DNA from: Candidatus Velthaea sp.
GTDB lineage: Bacteria > Vulcanimicrobiota > Vulcanimicrobiia > Vulcanimicrobiales > Vulcanimicrobiaceae
NCBI GenBank assembly: GCA_050012475.1
Contig: JBEKHC010000049.1
Span: 1 to 37,004 of the forward strand
DNA length: 37,004 nucleotides
Reading direction: 5' to 3'
Part shown: positions 8,556-18,294 of the stretch, piece by piece
How positions within the stretch are numbered: the first letter of the stretch is position 1
Layout of the letters: each line of letters opens with the position of its first letter
Notes under the pieces: model-generated
What the model saw: only the letters and a program-made list of their open reading frames with translations
Databases searched by the model: none
What the model was told of the DNA's origin: nothing
Translations under genes and position numbers: made by a program

Positions 8556-9346
8556 CAGAGCACCGGCTCCGGGACCGGCGCCGCAACAGCGGCACGGGCG
8601 TGGCGCGCTCCCAGCCAATTCAAGATCGCGCCGCGCGAGTTTTCCGCAGCATTGGTGTGATTGCCCGGCACGCTGGCGAACGATTTCGGCTCGGGCGCGC
8701 GCTCGAACAGCTCGCGCACGCTCGCGGCGGTGACCATCCCGTCGCTTTCCGCGGCGATGAACAGCGAGGGACGTCCGCTCAAGCGCGGGAGCGCATCGGG
8801 CAGCAGCTGGTCCCAAGCGTTCGCGGCTTCGGTCAGCGTGAGCCCGTCGACGTACGACGAGCGCAAATCGACCACCCCGCGCCCGGCCAGTGCGGCGAGC
8901 GCCGCCGGGCGACCGAATCCCGTAGCGATCGAGATGACGCCGGCGATCTCGGGGTCGCGCGCCGCAGCGCACAGCGCCGTCACCGCGCCCATGCTGTGGC
9001 CCAAGGCGTACAGGGTCGTGGCCCCGCTTTCGCGCGCCAGATCGACCGCGGTGGCAAACGCGTCGAGCAGATCGTCGACCGAGTTGAGCCGGCCGCGGCT
9101 GGCGCCCAATTTGTGGCCCGGAAAATCGAGGCTGTAGACCGCGAAACCATGCGAGGCCAAGAACGCGCACAGGCTGTCGAGGTTTTGTTTGGAGCTCGAG
9201 TAGCCGTGACCGGCGACGATCGTCACGCCGCGCGGGCGGCGCGCTTCGTAGGCCAGAATCGCGATTTCGTTCGCGCCCGCGCTCGCGCGCAAGAGCTCTA
9301 CGTTGATGACGGGACCTCGGCTGACGGGGCCTCGTTCGCCCGCCAA
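8555..9346 (-). CDS. Alpha/beta-fold hydrolase (start uncertain)
   Basis: HGY oxyanion motif, DFPGH, GHSMG nucleophile elbow, C-terminal Asp (SDG) and His (GNH). Confidence 0.88.
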   Translation of the reverse strand: MAGERGPVSRGPVINVELLRASAGANEIAILAYEARRPRGVTIVAGHGYSSSKQNLDSLCAFLASHGFAVYSLDFPGHKLGASRGRLNSVDDLLDAFATAVDLARESGATTLYALGHSMGAVTALCAAARDPEIAGVISIATGFGRPAALAALAGRGVVDLRSSYVDGLTLTEAANAWDQLLPDALPRLSGRPSLFIAAESDGMVTAASVRELFERAPEPKSFASVPGNHTNAAENSRGAILNWLGARHARAAVAAPVPEPVL

Positions 9347-9744
9347 GCGCGCTCACCGTCGGCGAACACTTCTTCTTTCCAGACGGCGAGCCCGGCTTTG
9401 ATCTCGTCGATGGCATACTCGCAGGCGTCGAACGCCCGGCCGCGATGCGGCGCCGCGACCGCGATTGCGATGCTGGTCTCGCCTAACGCCAACTCGCCGA
9501 CGCGATGGACGATCGCGATTTCGAGCGGACCGAACGCCGCTTGCGTCGCCGCGGCGATCTCGCGCAGCTGGGTCGACGCCAATGCGGGATAAGCTTCGTA
9601 ACGAATGCGCCGGACGGGCCGCGGGTCAGCGGGCGACGTTTCGCGCACGACGCCCGCAAACGCAACAACCGCTCCGCAAGCGTCGGTGCGCACGGCGCGT
9701 ACGAGCGCATCGAGTTCGATCGGCGCGGCGGTGATCTCCAACAT
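9298..9744 (-). CDS. moaE: Molybdopterin synthase catalytic subunit
   Basis: GAVVAFAGVVR, YEAY, HRVGELALGE, APHR..AF, VWKEE. Confidence 0.95.
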   Translation of the reverse strand: MLEITAAPIELDALVRAVRTDACGAVVAFAGVVRETSPADPRPVRRIRYEAYPALASTQLREIAAATQAAFGPLEIAIVHRVGELALGETSIAIAVAAPHRGRAFDACEYAIDEIKAGLAVWKEEVFADGERAWRANEAPSAEVPSST

Positions 9745-9989
9745 CAGCCGCCGCCCACCGGCGGCATCAACGCTACCTCGTCGCCGTCGCACAACGGCGC
9801 GGACCCGTCGACGAGCGCGCCGTTGCGGGCGAAGCGAGTCGATCCGCGCAGCGCGGCCGCTGGCTGCGCGGCCGTCACGAGCTGCAGCCACAACGCATCG
9901 ATCGTCGTCTGCGGCGCCAGCTCGAATTCGCGCTGTCCGAAACCCAGCAATTCGCGCAAGCGCGCGAATGCGAGGACGCGAACGCGCAT
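9744..9989 (-). CDS. moaD: Molybdopterin synthase sulfur carrier
   Basis: VLAFARLRE...GDEVALMPPVGGG with C-terminal GG; GGAGG RBS. Confidence 0.93.
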   Translation of the reverse strand: MRVRVLAFARLRELLGFGQREFELAPQTTIDALWLQLVTAAQPAAALRGSTRFARNGALVDGSAPLCDGDEVALMPPVGGG

Positions 9990-10048
9990 CACACCTCCCG
10001 GCAGGCTGAACGCGACGGATTCGTCGGGCGCAGCCGAGGCGAATCCAC

Positions 10049-10312
10049 TCAATATCCGCCCAGGTCGGTCGTGTAGCCGTGGTCGAGCAGCCAGGCGCGG
10101 CTTTCGTCGTGATAGCCCAGCAAATCGAACCGGTTGACGGTGAGCTTGTGCATGAGCACTTCCCAAAAGTGCTGGTCCTGGTCGTACACGTCGTCGGGAA
10201 TCTGATTGCGCCGGCGCGAGAAATCGCGCAGGGCCAACGGGTCGCGGGCGGCCAGCACTGCGCGCAGCTCCCCCTCGTAATCGGGCGCCGGCTGCGGTGG
10301 GATGATGCTCAT
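10049..10312 (-). CDS. Hypothetical 87-aa protein
   Basis: ATG overlaps the Cof stop (TGATG); protein-like composition. Confidence 0.75.
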   Translation of the reverse strand: MSIIPPQPAPDYEGELRAVLAARDPLALRDFSRRRNQIPDDVYDQDQHFWEVLMHKLTVNRFDLLGYHDESRAWLLDHGYTTDLGGY

Positions 10313-11130
10313 CAAGCCGACTTCTTGTCGGCGCGCACGCCGCTCAAAGCGAACTTCTCGATCGCCAGCGCGACGCCGTCGCGTTCGTTGCTGGCCGTAA
10401 CGTACCGCACGGCATGGCGTACTTCGGGCAGCGCATTTCCCATCGCCACGCCGATGCCGGCCCAGTGCATCATCGGAACGTCGTTGCGCGAATCGCCGAT
10501 CGCCATCACGCGGTCGGCGGGCACACCGAAATCGGCACACAACCGGGCCAAGGCCGTCTGTTTGGACGCATCGCGGCTGAGCACCGCGCACTCGTCGAAA
10601 TCCTGCCATGACTCGTAGCGAAAAGCCAACGGGTAGTCTCCGAACTCGCGCTTCATCGCAGCCACCGAATCGGAGCCCAGAAAGCGGATGAAGGTGGGTG
10701 CCTGCGTCAGCACTTCCTCGAACGACCGCGCTTCGCGCCAGGCCGGGCCGGTCATGTCCTGCATGTAGATGTGCGACCCTTCGAGGCGCCAGAAGAACTC
10801 GTCGACGTAGACGGCGAGCGCGAGACCGTTGTGCTCGGCGAATTCGATCATCGGCCGCGCGTACTTGAGCGGGACGGGAATATGAACGAGCGTTTTGTTG
10901 GTCCCGAAATCCTTGGTCAGCGCACCGTGGCAGCAAATGACCGGCAGGTTCAGACCGAGTTCGCGCGAGACCCGAATCGGCGTGTCGACACCGCGGCCGG
11001 TCACCAGGACCACGCGAATTCCTGCGTCCAGAGCTTTGGTGATCGCCGCGCGGTTCGCGGCGGAGATGGTCTCGTCCGAGGCCAGCAACGTACCGTCGAG
11101 GTCGAGCGCTATGAGTTCGATTTCGGGCAT
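10312..11130 (-). CDS. Cof-type HAD-IIB hydrolase
   Basis: DLDGTLL, VTGR, SK, GDSRNDVPM, VAMGNA, DGVA; alternative start 11172. Confidence 0.93.
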   Translation of the reverse strand: MPEIELIALDLDGTLLASDETISAANRAAITKALDAGIRVVLVTGRGVDTPIRVSRELGLNLPVICCHGALTKDFGTNKTLVHIPVPLKYARPMIEFAEHNGLALAVYVDEFFWRLEGSHIYMQDMTGPAWREARSFEEVLTQAPTFIRFLGSDSVAAMKREFGDYPLAFRYESWQDFDECAVLSRDASKQTALARLCADFGVPADRVMAIGDSRNDVPMMHWAGIGVAMGNALPEVRHAVRYVTASNERDGVALAIEKFALSGVRADKKSA

Positions 11131-11208
11131 AATCTCAATATTCGGATGTTCGGTGGCGATGCCTGACTCCATGTGCAACGCCGGTTGGCCAGAATCCGTT
11201 GCCGGTAC

Positions 11209-11589
11209 ATGAAAACGCTCTTCCGCTCAGCCGTCGCGCTGGGCCTTGCCGTCGGGCTCAGCCTTCCGGCAAGCGCACAAGGAGAGCGTTGCAGTCACGA
11301 CGCGCTGACCGTCGACGGCATTCCGGTCGCCGCGCGGTTCTGCGTCCCGGCCGGGGCCGCCGCGGCGAGCCTCAATGTCACCGAAACCTTTACGGCGCGC
11401 GGCAAGACCATTGCTCGAACGACGCCGCTGGCGGTCGTCGCCGGTGCGCTGACGTCACGCACGATCGATGACATCGATCTCAGCCCGATCGGACCCAAGC
11501 GCGCGCTCCACATGACGCTCGCCTACCGGGCGGGGTCGGTCGAACTCGAGCATGCGCTTGCCTTGCCCGGCGCTATCCCCATCAAGTAA
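11209..11589 (+). CDS. Hypothetical exported protein
   Basis: Signal peptide MKTLFRSAVALG...ASA, two Cys in the mature part. Confidence 0.7.
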   Translation: MKTLFRSAVALGLAVGLSLPASAQGERCSHDALTVDGIPVAARFCVPAGAAAASLNVTETFTARGKTIARTTPLAVVAGALTSRTIDDIDLSPIGPKRALHMTLAYRAGSVELEHALALPGAIPIK

Positions 11590-11628
11590 GCTGGTGCTTG
11601 GCCGCCTTCAAGACGGCGCGAGTGCACC

Positions 11629-12276
11629 GTGGCAATGACCCCGCAGCTCGTCCTCGTCGGCGCGGTGGCGGCGGTCGGCGTGCTGCACACGATGGTTCCC
11701 GATCACTGGCTGCCGATCGCGCTCATCGCGCGCCAGCGCCGCTGGTCGCGCGCCCAGACGGCCCGGGCGGCGCTGGGCGCCGGGACCGGCCACGTGCTCT
11801 CCACGCTGCTCATCGGCGTTCTCGTTTGGCTGGCGGGCGTCGCGTTCGCAACCCGCTTTGGCAGCCTCGTCTCGCTCTGCTCGAGCCTCGCACTGATCGC
11901 CTTCGGCAGCTGGATCGCCGTCGCGTCGCTGCGCGAATTGCGCGAACACGCCGGAGGTGATGGGCACGCCCAGGACCACGGCCATGACTCGCCGGCGTCG
12001 TCACGCACGGCGTTGCTGTTGATTTTGGGATCGTCGCCGATGGTGGAAGGCATCCCGGCATTCTTTGCCGCGGCCAAGTTCGGCCCGGCGCTGATCGCGG
12101 CGATGGCCGCCGTTTTCGCGGTCGCGACGATCGCGACGTATATTCTCCTGTGCGTCTACTCGACCGCCGGTTTGCAGCGGGTGACGCTCGGGCCAATCGA
12201 GCGCTACGGCGAAGTCTTGAGCGGATCGCTGATCATGCTCGTCGGGTTCGCCTTCCTGATCTGGCCCGCGCTCTAG
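11629..12276 (+). CDS. Ni/Co transporter-like membrane protein (NicO/RcnA-like)
   Basis: LHTMVPDHWLP, GHVLST, His-containing loop, about six TM helices. Confidence 0.72.
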   Translation: MAMTPQLVLVGAVAAVGVLHTMVPDHWLPIALIARQRRWSRAQTARAALGAGTGHVLSTLLIGVLVWLAGVAFATRFGSLVSLCSSLALIAFGSWIAVASLRELREHAGGDGHAQDHGHDSPASSRTALLLILGSSPMVEGIPAFFAAAKFGPALIAAMAAVFAVATIATYILLCVYSTAGLQRVTLGPIERYGEVLSGSLIMLVGFAFLIWPAL

Positions 12277-12424
12277 CCGCGGCGAGGCCGCTTCGCGGTC
12301 CGCGGCGGCGTCACTTCTACGGCCTGCGGCTCGCGATTTGCCGCCGATGACGGGGGAACCGCCGCAACCCCGCCCGGCGACGAAGGTTTCAAACCGACGA
12401 CATGGCGTGTAAAACGTAGCCAGC

Positions 12425-13876
12425 GTGGGACAGACGGCGTCCGCCTCCGACTCCACCGCGGCCGAGCGCGGCCGTTATCTCGTCGAGCACTTGCCGTCGG
12501 GATTGTTCCGCACCGACGACGCCGAACCGGGCGTTCCGCAACTGAGCGTCGCGTGGCGGATCGCGACGGCACCCTTTCGGCTGGCTCCGTCGACGGTCGA
12601 GCACATCGCGAGTCTGGGTCCGCCGCTGCTGGCGTTCTATCGTGCGCTTTCGGCCTTGTACGCACGCAGCGCGCGCGGCACGGCACCCGGCTTCATCGCC
12701 GAGTATCTCGACGTCGGCAAACCCGAAGCGATCGTCAAGCTGGCGCGCCAGAACCGATTCAAATCCGAGATTCCCCAGGTCATTCGGCCCGATCTGATCC
12801 TCACCGACGACGGCGGCTACATCGCCAGCGAACTCGACAGCGTCCCCGGCGGAATGGGATTCGTCGGCGCGATGGCGCACACGTACCATGAGCTCGGCTT
12901 CGAGACGGTCGGCGACACCGACGGGATGCCGCGCGAGTTCGCCGCGATGCTCGCAGCGACGGCCCACAAAGAACGCCCGGTCGTGGCCATCGTCGTTTCT
13001 GACGAGTCGGGCGACTATCGCAACGAATTGCGCTGGCTCGCCCAACGCATGCGCGAGCGCGATCTCGCCGACGCGCACGTCGTCATCCCGCAGGACGTCG
13101 TCTTCACCGAAGAGGCTCTGTTCATGCGCTTGGAGGACGGGCGCGAAGAGAAGATCGACGTTCTGTACCGCAATTTCGAGCTGTTCGATCTGCTCAATGT
13201 CCCCAAGCAAGAGCTCATGCTCTACGCGGCGCGCCACAACCGGGTCAAACTCACGCCGCCGCCCAAGGCACCGCTCGAGGAGAAATCGAGTTTCGCGCTG
13301 CTGCACCATCCGGCGCTGGCCGCGTTGTGGAAAAAAGAGCTCGGCGACGATGTGTTCGCCCGGCTGATCTCGATCTTCCCGCAAACCTGGGTGATCGATC
13401 CGCGGCCGCTGCCGCCGCACGCGGCGATCATCGGGCTGACCGCCGGCGGCCGCCCGGTCAGCGATTGGATGGCGCTCGAAGCGTTGGGCAAGAGCGAACG
13501 CGACTTCGTCGTGAAGCCATCCGGATTCAGCGAACTGGCGTGGGGCTCGCGCGGCGTGCGCGTGGCAAACGATCTGACCAAGGAGCAGTGGCATTCGACG
13601 CTCCTGGCGGCGGTCGAAATGTATCCCAAGACGCCGCACATCCTGCAGCGCTTTCACAAGGGCCGTCGCGTCATCGTCGAATACTACGATCGCAGCGCCG
13701 ATACGGTCAAAACGATGGATGGCCGGGTCCGGCTTTGCCCGTATTATTTCGTCGTCGGCGACGAAACGCGCTTGGGCGGCATCCTGGCGACGATCGCACC
13801 GGCCGACAAACGGCTCATTCACGGCATGGCCGACGCGGTGATGGCTCCCTGCACCGCGGACGAGTCGGGCGCATAG
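12425..13876 (+). CDS. ATP-grasp amide ligase-like protein (circularly permuted/glutathionylspermidine-synthase-like)
   Basis: IRPD, ELDSVPGGMG, DVLYR, EEK, VVKPSG..WGSRGV, ILQRF. Confidence 0.65.
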   Translation: MGQTASASDSTAAERGRYLVEHLPSGLFRTDDAEPGVPQLSVAWRIATAPFRLAPSTVEHIASLGPPLLAFYRALSALYARSARGTAPGFIAEYLDVGKPEAIVKLARQNRFKSEIPQVIRPDLILTDDGGYIASELDSVPGGMGFVGAMAHTYHELGFETVGDTDGMPREFAAMLAATAHKERPVVAIVVSDESGDYRNELRWLAQRMRERDLADAHVVIPQDVVFTEEALFMRLEDGREEKIDVLYRNFELFDLLNVPKQELMLYAARHNRVKLTPPPKAPLEEKSSFALLHHPALAALWKKELGDDVFARLISIFPQTWVIDPRPLPPHAAIIGLTAGGRPVSDWMALEALGKSERDFVVKPSGFSELAWGSRGVRVANDLTKEQWHSTLLAAVEMYPKTPHILQRFHKGRRVIVEYYDRSADTVKTMDGRVRLCPYYFVVGDETRLGGILATIAPADKRLIHGMADAVMAPCTADESGA

Positions 13877-14562
13877 CCAACAGCGCGCGCCGCTCCTTTC
13901 AGCTCAGCGCCCCGTGGCGCGGACGGCTCATCGGCTTTGGGCTCGCGGCGATCGCCGCGGCCGCGGTGGCCTCGTTCGCGCCCGCCTGGATCGCGGGGAC
14001 GACGCGCGGCGTCGCCGCTTACGATGCCGCCGCGCTGATTCTCATCGTCTATTTCTGGACCTTTGCCATGCACGGCGATCCGAGCGACACCGCGTCGCGC
14101 TCCGCCGTCGAAGACCCCGGCCGCAACGTCGTCCTCGCAATGGTGCTGGGGAGCGCCGGCGTCGGGCTCGCCGCGGCCATCGTCATCTTGGGACGCGGCC
14201 CGCACGCGACCAGCCTCCACGAGCGCGAAATCATCTACGCCGTCGGTTTCTTGGCGGTGATCGCCGGCTGGTTTCTGATCCACACGATCTTCGTCTTCCG
14301 CTACGCGCACTTATTTTATTTCGACAGCGACGATGACGGTTCGGCTCAGCGCGGCTTGATTTTTCCCGGCACCGAAGAACCGGACGACTACGATTTCGCC
14401 TATTACTCCTTCGTCATCGGCATGACGTTTCAGGTCTCCGACGTTTCGATCAAAGACCGGGGCGTACGCCGCCTCACGCTCGTGCACGCCCTGATCTCGT
14501 TCGCCTACAACACCACGATCCTCGCGCTCGTAGTCAACATCGCCTCGGGTCTCTTTCACTGA
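13873..14562 (+). CDS. DUF1345 membrane protein; start uncertain
   Basis: WFLIHTIF..RYAHLFY, GLIFPG..PDDYDFAYYSFVIGMTFQVSDV, HALISFAYNT. Confidence 0.88.
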   Translation: MANSARRSFQLSAPWRGRLIGFGLAAIAAAAVASFAPAWIAGTTRGVAAYDAAALILIVYFWTFAMHGDPSDTASRSAVEDPGRNVVLAMVLGSAGVGLAAAIVILGRGPHATSLHEREIIYAVGFLAVIAGWFLIHTIFVFRYAHLFYFDSDDDGSAQRGLIFPGTEEPDDYDFAYYSFVIGMTFQVSDVSIKDRGVRRLTLVHALISFAYNTTILALVVNIASGLFH

Positions 14563-14602
14563 TCCGACCGCGCGCACCCCGCCACGTGCGGCTCGGCCCA
14601 TC

Positions 14603-17137
14603 TTAATCTTCGAGCGCAAGGATGATTGCGGCCGGCCTCGCCAGCGCCGCGCCTTCGGCTAACGTGCGCGTCGTGGGGTCGGGGCCAAGCCGTTCGTTCA
14701 ACAGCGCCGTCAGCCGGTCGTGGGTTATTTGTTCGGTCGACTCGCGCTCGAAGCCCAGGCGTCGATACGCGGCGTCGGCATATCCCGCGAGGACGCAGGC
14801 CCGGTGCACATCGCCGACGAGGACCAGCGTCAAAGCCAAGTGTTCGATCGCCGTAGCGATCAGCCCGATATCCGGATCGCGTTCCGCCAGTTCGGCGATC
14901 GCTTCGCGGGCGGTCTCACGCGCCGCATCGAGGTCTCCGGCAGCCGCGAGATAGCCGCTCAGATTCGAGAGCACGTTGGCATAACTCGTGCGGTCGCTGT
15001 GACCGCGAAATCCCGGCAGGAGTTCGCGCACGATCGCGATTGCGCTTTGCGTGCGGCCCCGCGCATGTTCCACTTCAGCCAAATTCATCGCCACCGCGCG
15101 TTCCCAAGGCTCGTTGCCCAGCGCACGATGCTCGGCACGCAACTGTTCGTACGCGCTTACCGCCGGGGCAAGGTCGTTGCGCAGCCGGCTCAGATAAGCA
15201 CGATCGCCGAGCAGCCGCAGCCGGGTGGCGGTCGAGACGTCGGGGACGGCCTCGGCCTCCTTGAGCGCTGCGTCCGCGTCGTCGAAGCGCCGCAAACCGG
15301 CGGCGCTCAAGGAGTACGCCAGCAGCGCCTCGGCGAGCGTTTGCGGATCGCCCGCGGTCCGCGCGAAGGCGACGGCTTGCGTTGCGGACTCGATGCCGTG
15401 CAAGACGCCGCGCACGAGTTGGGCGAGCCAAGCGACGGCGATCGACAGACGCGCGCGCAGCAACGCGTCGGCATCCGGCAAAACGGCGAGAAACAGCTCG
15501 CAGCGGGCCAAGCCTTCATCGCCTAGCCCGAGCGTCGTCCAACGCGAGCCGATGTCGGCCAGCATCTCGCCGCCCACGACGGTGTCCGGTCCGACCAGTG
15601 CGACATTGAGCGCGGCGCGCACGTCCTCGAGTTCGATCGCGATCGCGTCGTCGAGCACCGCTCGCCGGCCGGTCTTGTCCGACTGCGTGCGCGCCGCGGC
15701 AAAGCGTTCCGCCAAGTAGTGCAGATGGCGGGCGGCGGACGCTTCGGACTCGCCGGCGGCGGCGAGTTTCTCGCGGGCGTAAAAGCGCGTCGACTCCAGC
15801 AGCCGGTAGCGCCGGGCATCGCCGGCCGGCTCCGCGAGCACCAGCGACTTGTTGACCAGCGAAGCCAGCACGTCGAGGACGTCGAGCTCATCGAGTTTCG
15901 CGTCCGCGCAAACCGCGGCAGCGCCCTCGAGCGTGAAGCCGTTGACGAACGTTCCCAAGCGCCGGAAGAGCGCGCGTTCGCGCTCGTCGAGCAAGTCGTA
16001 GCTCCAGTCGATGAGCGCGCGCAGCGTCTGCAAGTGCGGCAGCGCGTTGCGGTTGCCGCCGGTGAGCACGCGAAAGCGCTGGTCCAAGCGGTCGCGCAAT
16101 TGGCGCGGGCTGAGCGTGTTGGCCCGGGCCGCGGCCAACTCGATCGCGAGCGGAATGCCGTCGAGGCGCCGGCATATTTCGGCGACGACCGGCGCGTTGT
16201 CGTCGGTCAACGCGAAGCGATGATCGGATTGCCGCGCGCGCTCCGCGAACAAGACCACGGCAGCGTAGCGGCGGCCCTCTTTCTCGGTCAACGCTCCAAT
16301 GCTCGAATCGCTGGGAACGCGCAGCGACGGCATGCGATACAGTGCCTCGCCGGCGATTCCCAGGGCTTGCCGGCTCGAGGTCAACACCGTCACGTGCGGA
16401 CACTCGTCGAGGATCGACGCGATGACGCGCGCCGCCGCTTCGTTGAGATGTTCGCAGTTGTCGAAGACCAGCATGGCGCGTTTGGTCTCCAGCGCGCGCA
16501 GCATATTTTGGGTCGCGTCGCTGCCGGCCGGGAAGGTCAGACCCAGCGCGTACGCCACTGCCCATGCAATGTGGTCGCCGCTCGAAAGCGGCGCCAACTC
16601 GATGAGCCAAACGCCGTCCGGCCAGTCGCGCAAGACGTTCGACGCGACTTCCAGCGCCGTGCGCGTTTTGCCCACCCCGCCCGAACCCGTGACGGTGACG
16701 AGCCGGCGCGTCGCGATCAGCGAGGTGATGTCCGCGATCTCCGCTTCGCGGCCTACGAACGACGACAACCGCGACGGCAAGTTGTGCGCGATCGTCGCGC
16801 CGGGCGCGGACGGTTGGGGAGCGGCTGGCGGCGGTTGGTCGGCCGAGTCGTAACGCACGACGTTTGCGCTCGCGGGCGGTTTGCGTTTGGCCGCGGCCTC
16901 GAGTTCCTGACGCTGCGGCGGCGAGAGCCGCAGCGCATCGCCGATCAGGCGCAGCGTTTCACGATAGGGCGCCCGACGCCGCCCCCGCTCGAGCGCGCTG
17001 ATGCTTTCGACGCTGAGGTGCGCGTGCTCGGCGAGCTCCTCTTGCGACATTCCCGCCGCCAAGCGAAAGCGGCGCAGAACCGGACCGAGCGAACCCCGCT
17101 CGACGTGCGTTTCCATCGAATCTGACGGCCGGTTCAA
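14603..17137 (-). CDS. XRE-HTH + NB-ARC/STAND ATPase + TPR-like regulator
   Basis: HTH MSQEELAE..ISALERG, Walker A GSGGVGKT, Walker B VFDNCEH, LDGIPLAIELAA, IDWSY, helical C-terminus; alternative ATG 17116. Confidence 0.9.
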   Translation of the reverse strand: MNRPSDSMETHVERGSLGPVLRRFRLAAGMSQEELAEHAHLSVESISALERGRRRAPYRETLRLIGDALRLSPPQRQELEAAAKRKPPASANVVRYDSADQPPPAAPQPSAPGATIAHNLPSRLSSFVGREAEIADITSLIATRRLVTVTGSGGVGKTRTALEVASNVLRDWPDGVWLIELAPLSSGDHIAWAVAYALGLTFPAGSDATQNMLRALETKRAMLVFDNCEHLNEAAARVIASILDECPHVTVLTSSRQALGIAGEALYRMPSLRVPSDSSIGALTEKEGRRYAAVVLFAERARQSDHRFALTDDNAPVVAEICRRLDGIPLAIELAAARANTLSPRQLRDRLDQRFRVLTGGNRNALPHLQTLRALIDWSYDLLDERERALFRRLGTFVNGFTLEGAAAVCADAKLDELDVLDVLASLVNKSLVLAEPAGDARRYRLLESTRFYAREKLAAAGESEASAARHLHYLAERFAAARTQSDKTGRRAVLDDAIAIELEDVRAALNVALVGPDTVVGGEMLADIGSRWTTLGLGDEGLARCELFLAVLPDADALLRARLSIAVAWLAQLVRGVLHGIESATQAVAFARTAGDPQTLAEALLAYSLSAAGLRRFDDADAALKEAEAVPDVSTATRLRLLGDRAYLSRLRNDLAPAVSAYEQLRAEHRALGNEPWERAVAMNLAEVEHARGRTQSAIAIVRELLPGFRGHSDRTSYANVLSNLSGYLAAAGDLDAARETAREAIAELAERDPDIGLIATAIEHLALTLVLVGDVHRACVLAGYADAAYRRLGFERESTEQITHDRLTALLNERLGPDPTTRTLAEGAALARPAAIILALED

Positions 17138-18294
17138 ACAACCTCGAGGAGCGCGTCGATTTCGTCGGGCGTGTTGTAGCCGTGCGGCGAAACGCGCACC
17201 CCGCTTGGACGGTTCGTGGTGACGATGCCGGCCGCGGCAATCCGTTTGCCAAGTTCCATCGGATCGACGCCTGGCACGCGAAAGCGAATGATCCCGCTGC
17301 TTACATCGGCGCCGCGCACGCCGTCGACCGCCGCCCCTTTACGCAGCAAACCCTCCACGAGCCGATCGGTCAGCATCAGGACGTGCTGGCCGATCTGCGC
17401 CGTGCCGGCTTGCTGCAGAATGCCGACCGACGTGGCCAGCGACAGCGCGCCGATGAAATTGGGCGTGCCGCCTTCGTAACGCGTCGCATCGGACGCCCAG
17501 GGCTGATCGTAGTCGAGAAAATTCCACATGTCGTTCACACTGCGCCAACCCGGCAGATTGAGTTCGATGCGTTCCATGACGCTCGCACGCACGTAGAGAA
17601 AGCTGACGCCCTGCAGCGCCATGAGCCATTTCGCTCCTCCAGCATAGCAGGCATCGATGCCGAATGCCGTCACATCGAACGGAAATGCGCCCAAGCCTTG
17701 AATCGCGTCGACGAAAAACAGCGCGCCCGCCCGATGCGTGACCTCGGCCAGCGAAGCGAGATCGTGCCGGTATCCGTCGTCGAACGAGACCCACGAAACA
17801 GCGACGGCCTTCGTGCGCGCGCTCAACGCGGCGGTTAAGACCTCAGGCGTCATCCGTTCGCGCGGTGCGTCGATGAAGCGAACGTCGACTCCGCGCTTGC
17901 GCAGCGCCAGCCACGGGTAAGCGTTGGAGCCGAACTCGTTGCGGTTGGTGATGATCTCGTCGCCCGGCTGCAGATTCAGACCCTGCGCCAGCAGCGTCGC
18001 GCCATCGCCCGTATTCCGCAGGATCGCGATCTCGGCGCCTTGCGCACCGATGAACGCACCGACGGCCGCGCGAAAGCGCGGCATGTTCAGTTCGGTCTTG
18101 TAGACGCCCAGGACGCCGCGCGCGGCGTGTCCGTCGACGAAGGCGTGCAACGCGTCGCGCGTGGCGATCGGCAAAACGCCGACGGCTGCATGGTTGAAAT
18201 ACGTCAGTCCTGGATCGAGGGCGAAGTGCGCGCGCGACAGCGGGACGGCGTTCGCGGTATCCGCGCCGGCGGCGGATGTGCGCGCCGGGGTCAC
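17134..18294 (-). CDS. Class V PLP aminotransferase-fold enzyme
   Basis: YFNHAA, VDAIQ, GGAKWL (PLP Lys), YEGGT, RVSPHGYN. Confidence 0.9.
   Translation of the reverse strand: MTPARTSAAGADTANAVPLSRAHFALDPGLTYFNHAAVGVLPIATRDALHAFVDGHAARGVLGVYKTELNMPRFRAAVGAFIGAQGAEIAILRNTGDGATLLAQGLNLQPGDEIITNRNEFGSNAYPWLALRKRGVDVRFIDAPRERMTPEVLTAALSARTKAVAVSWVSFDDGYRHDLASLAEVTHRAGALFFVDAIQGLGAFPFDVTAFGIDACYAGGAKWLMALQGVSFLYVRASVMERIELNLPGWRSVNDMWNFLDYDQPWASDATRYEGGTPNFIGALSLATSVGILQQAGTAQIGQHVLMLTDRLVEGLLRKGAAVDGVRGADVSSGIIRFRVPGVDPMELGKRIAAAGIVTTNRPSGVRVSPHGYNTPDEIDALLEVV

Noticed and set aside
7434..9416. 660-aa MoeB ORF suggesting an N-terminal fusion
   Set aside because: The extension is an off-frame read of the hydrolase gene; the true ATG at 8555 overlaps its stop
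14603..17137. Avs/NLR-like antiphage STAND system
   Set aside because: Only an XRE HTH at the N-terminus, no nuclease/TIR/SIR2 effector and no defence-island context
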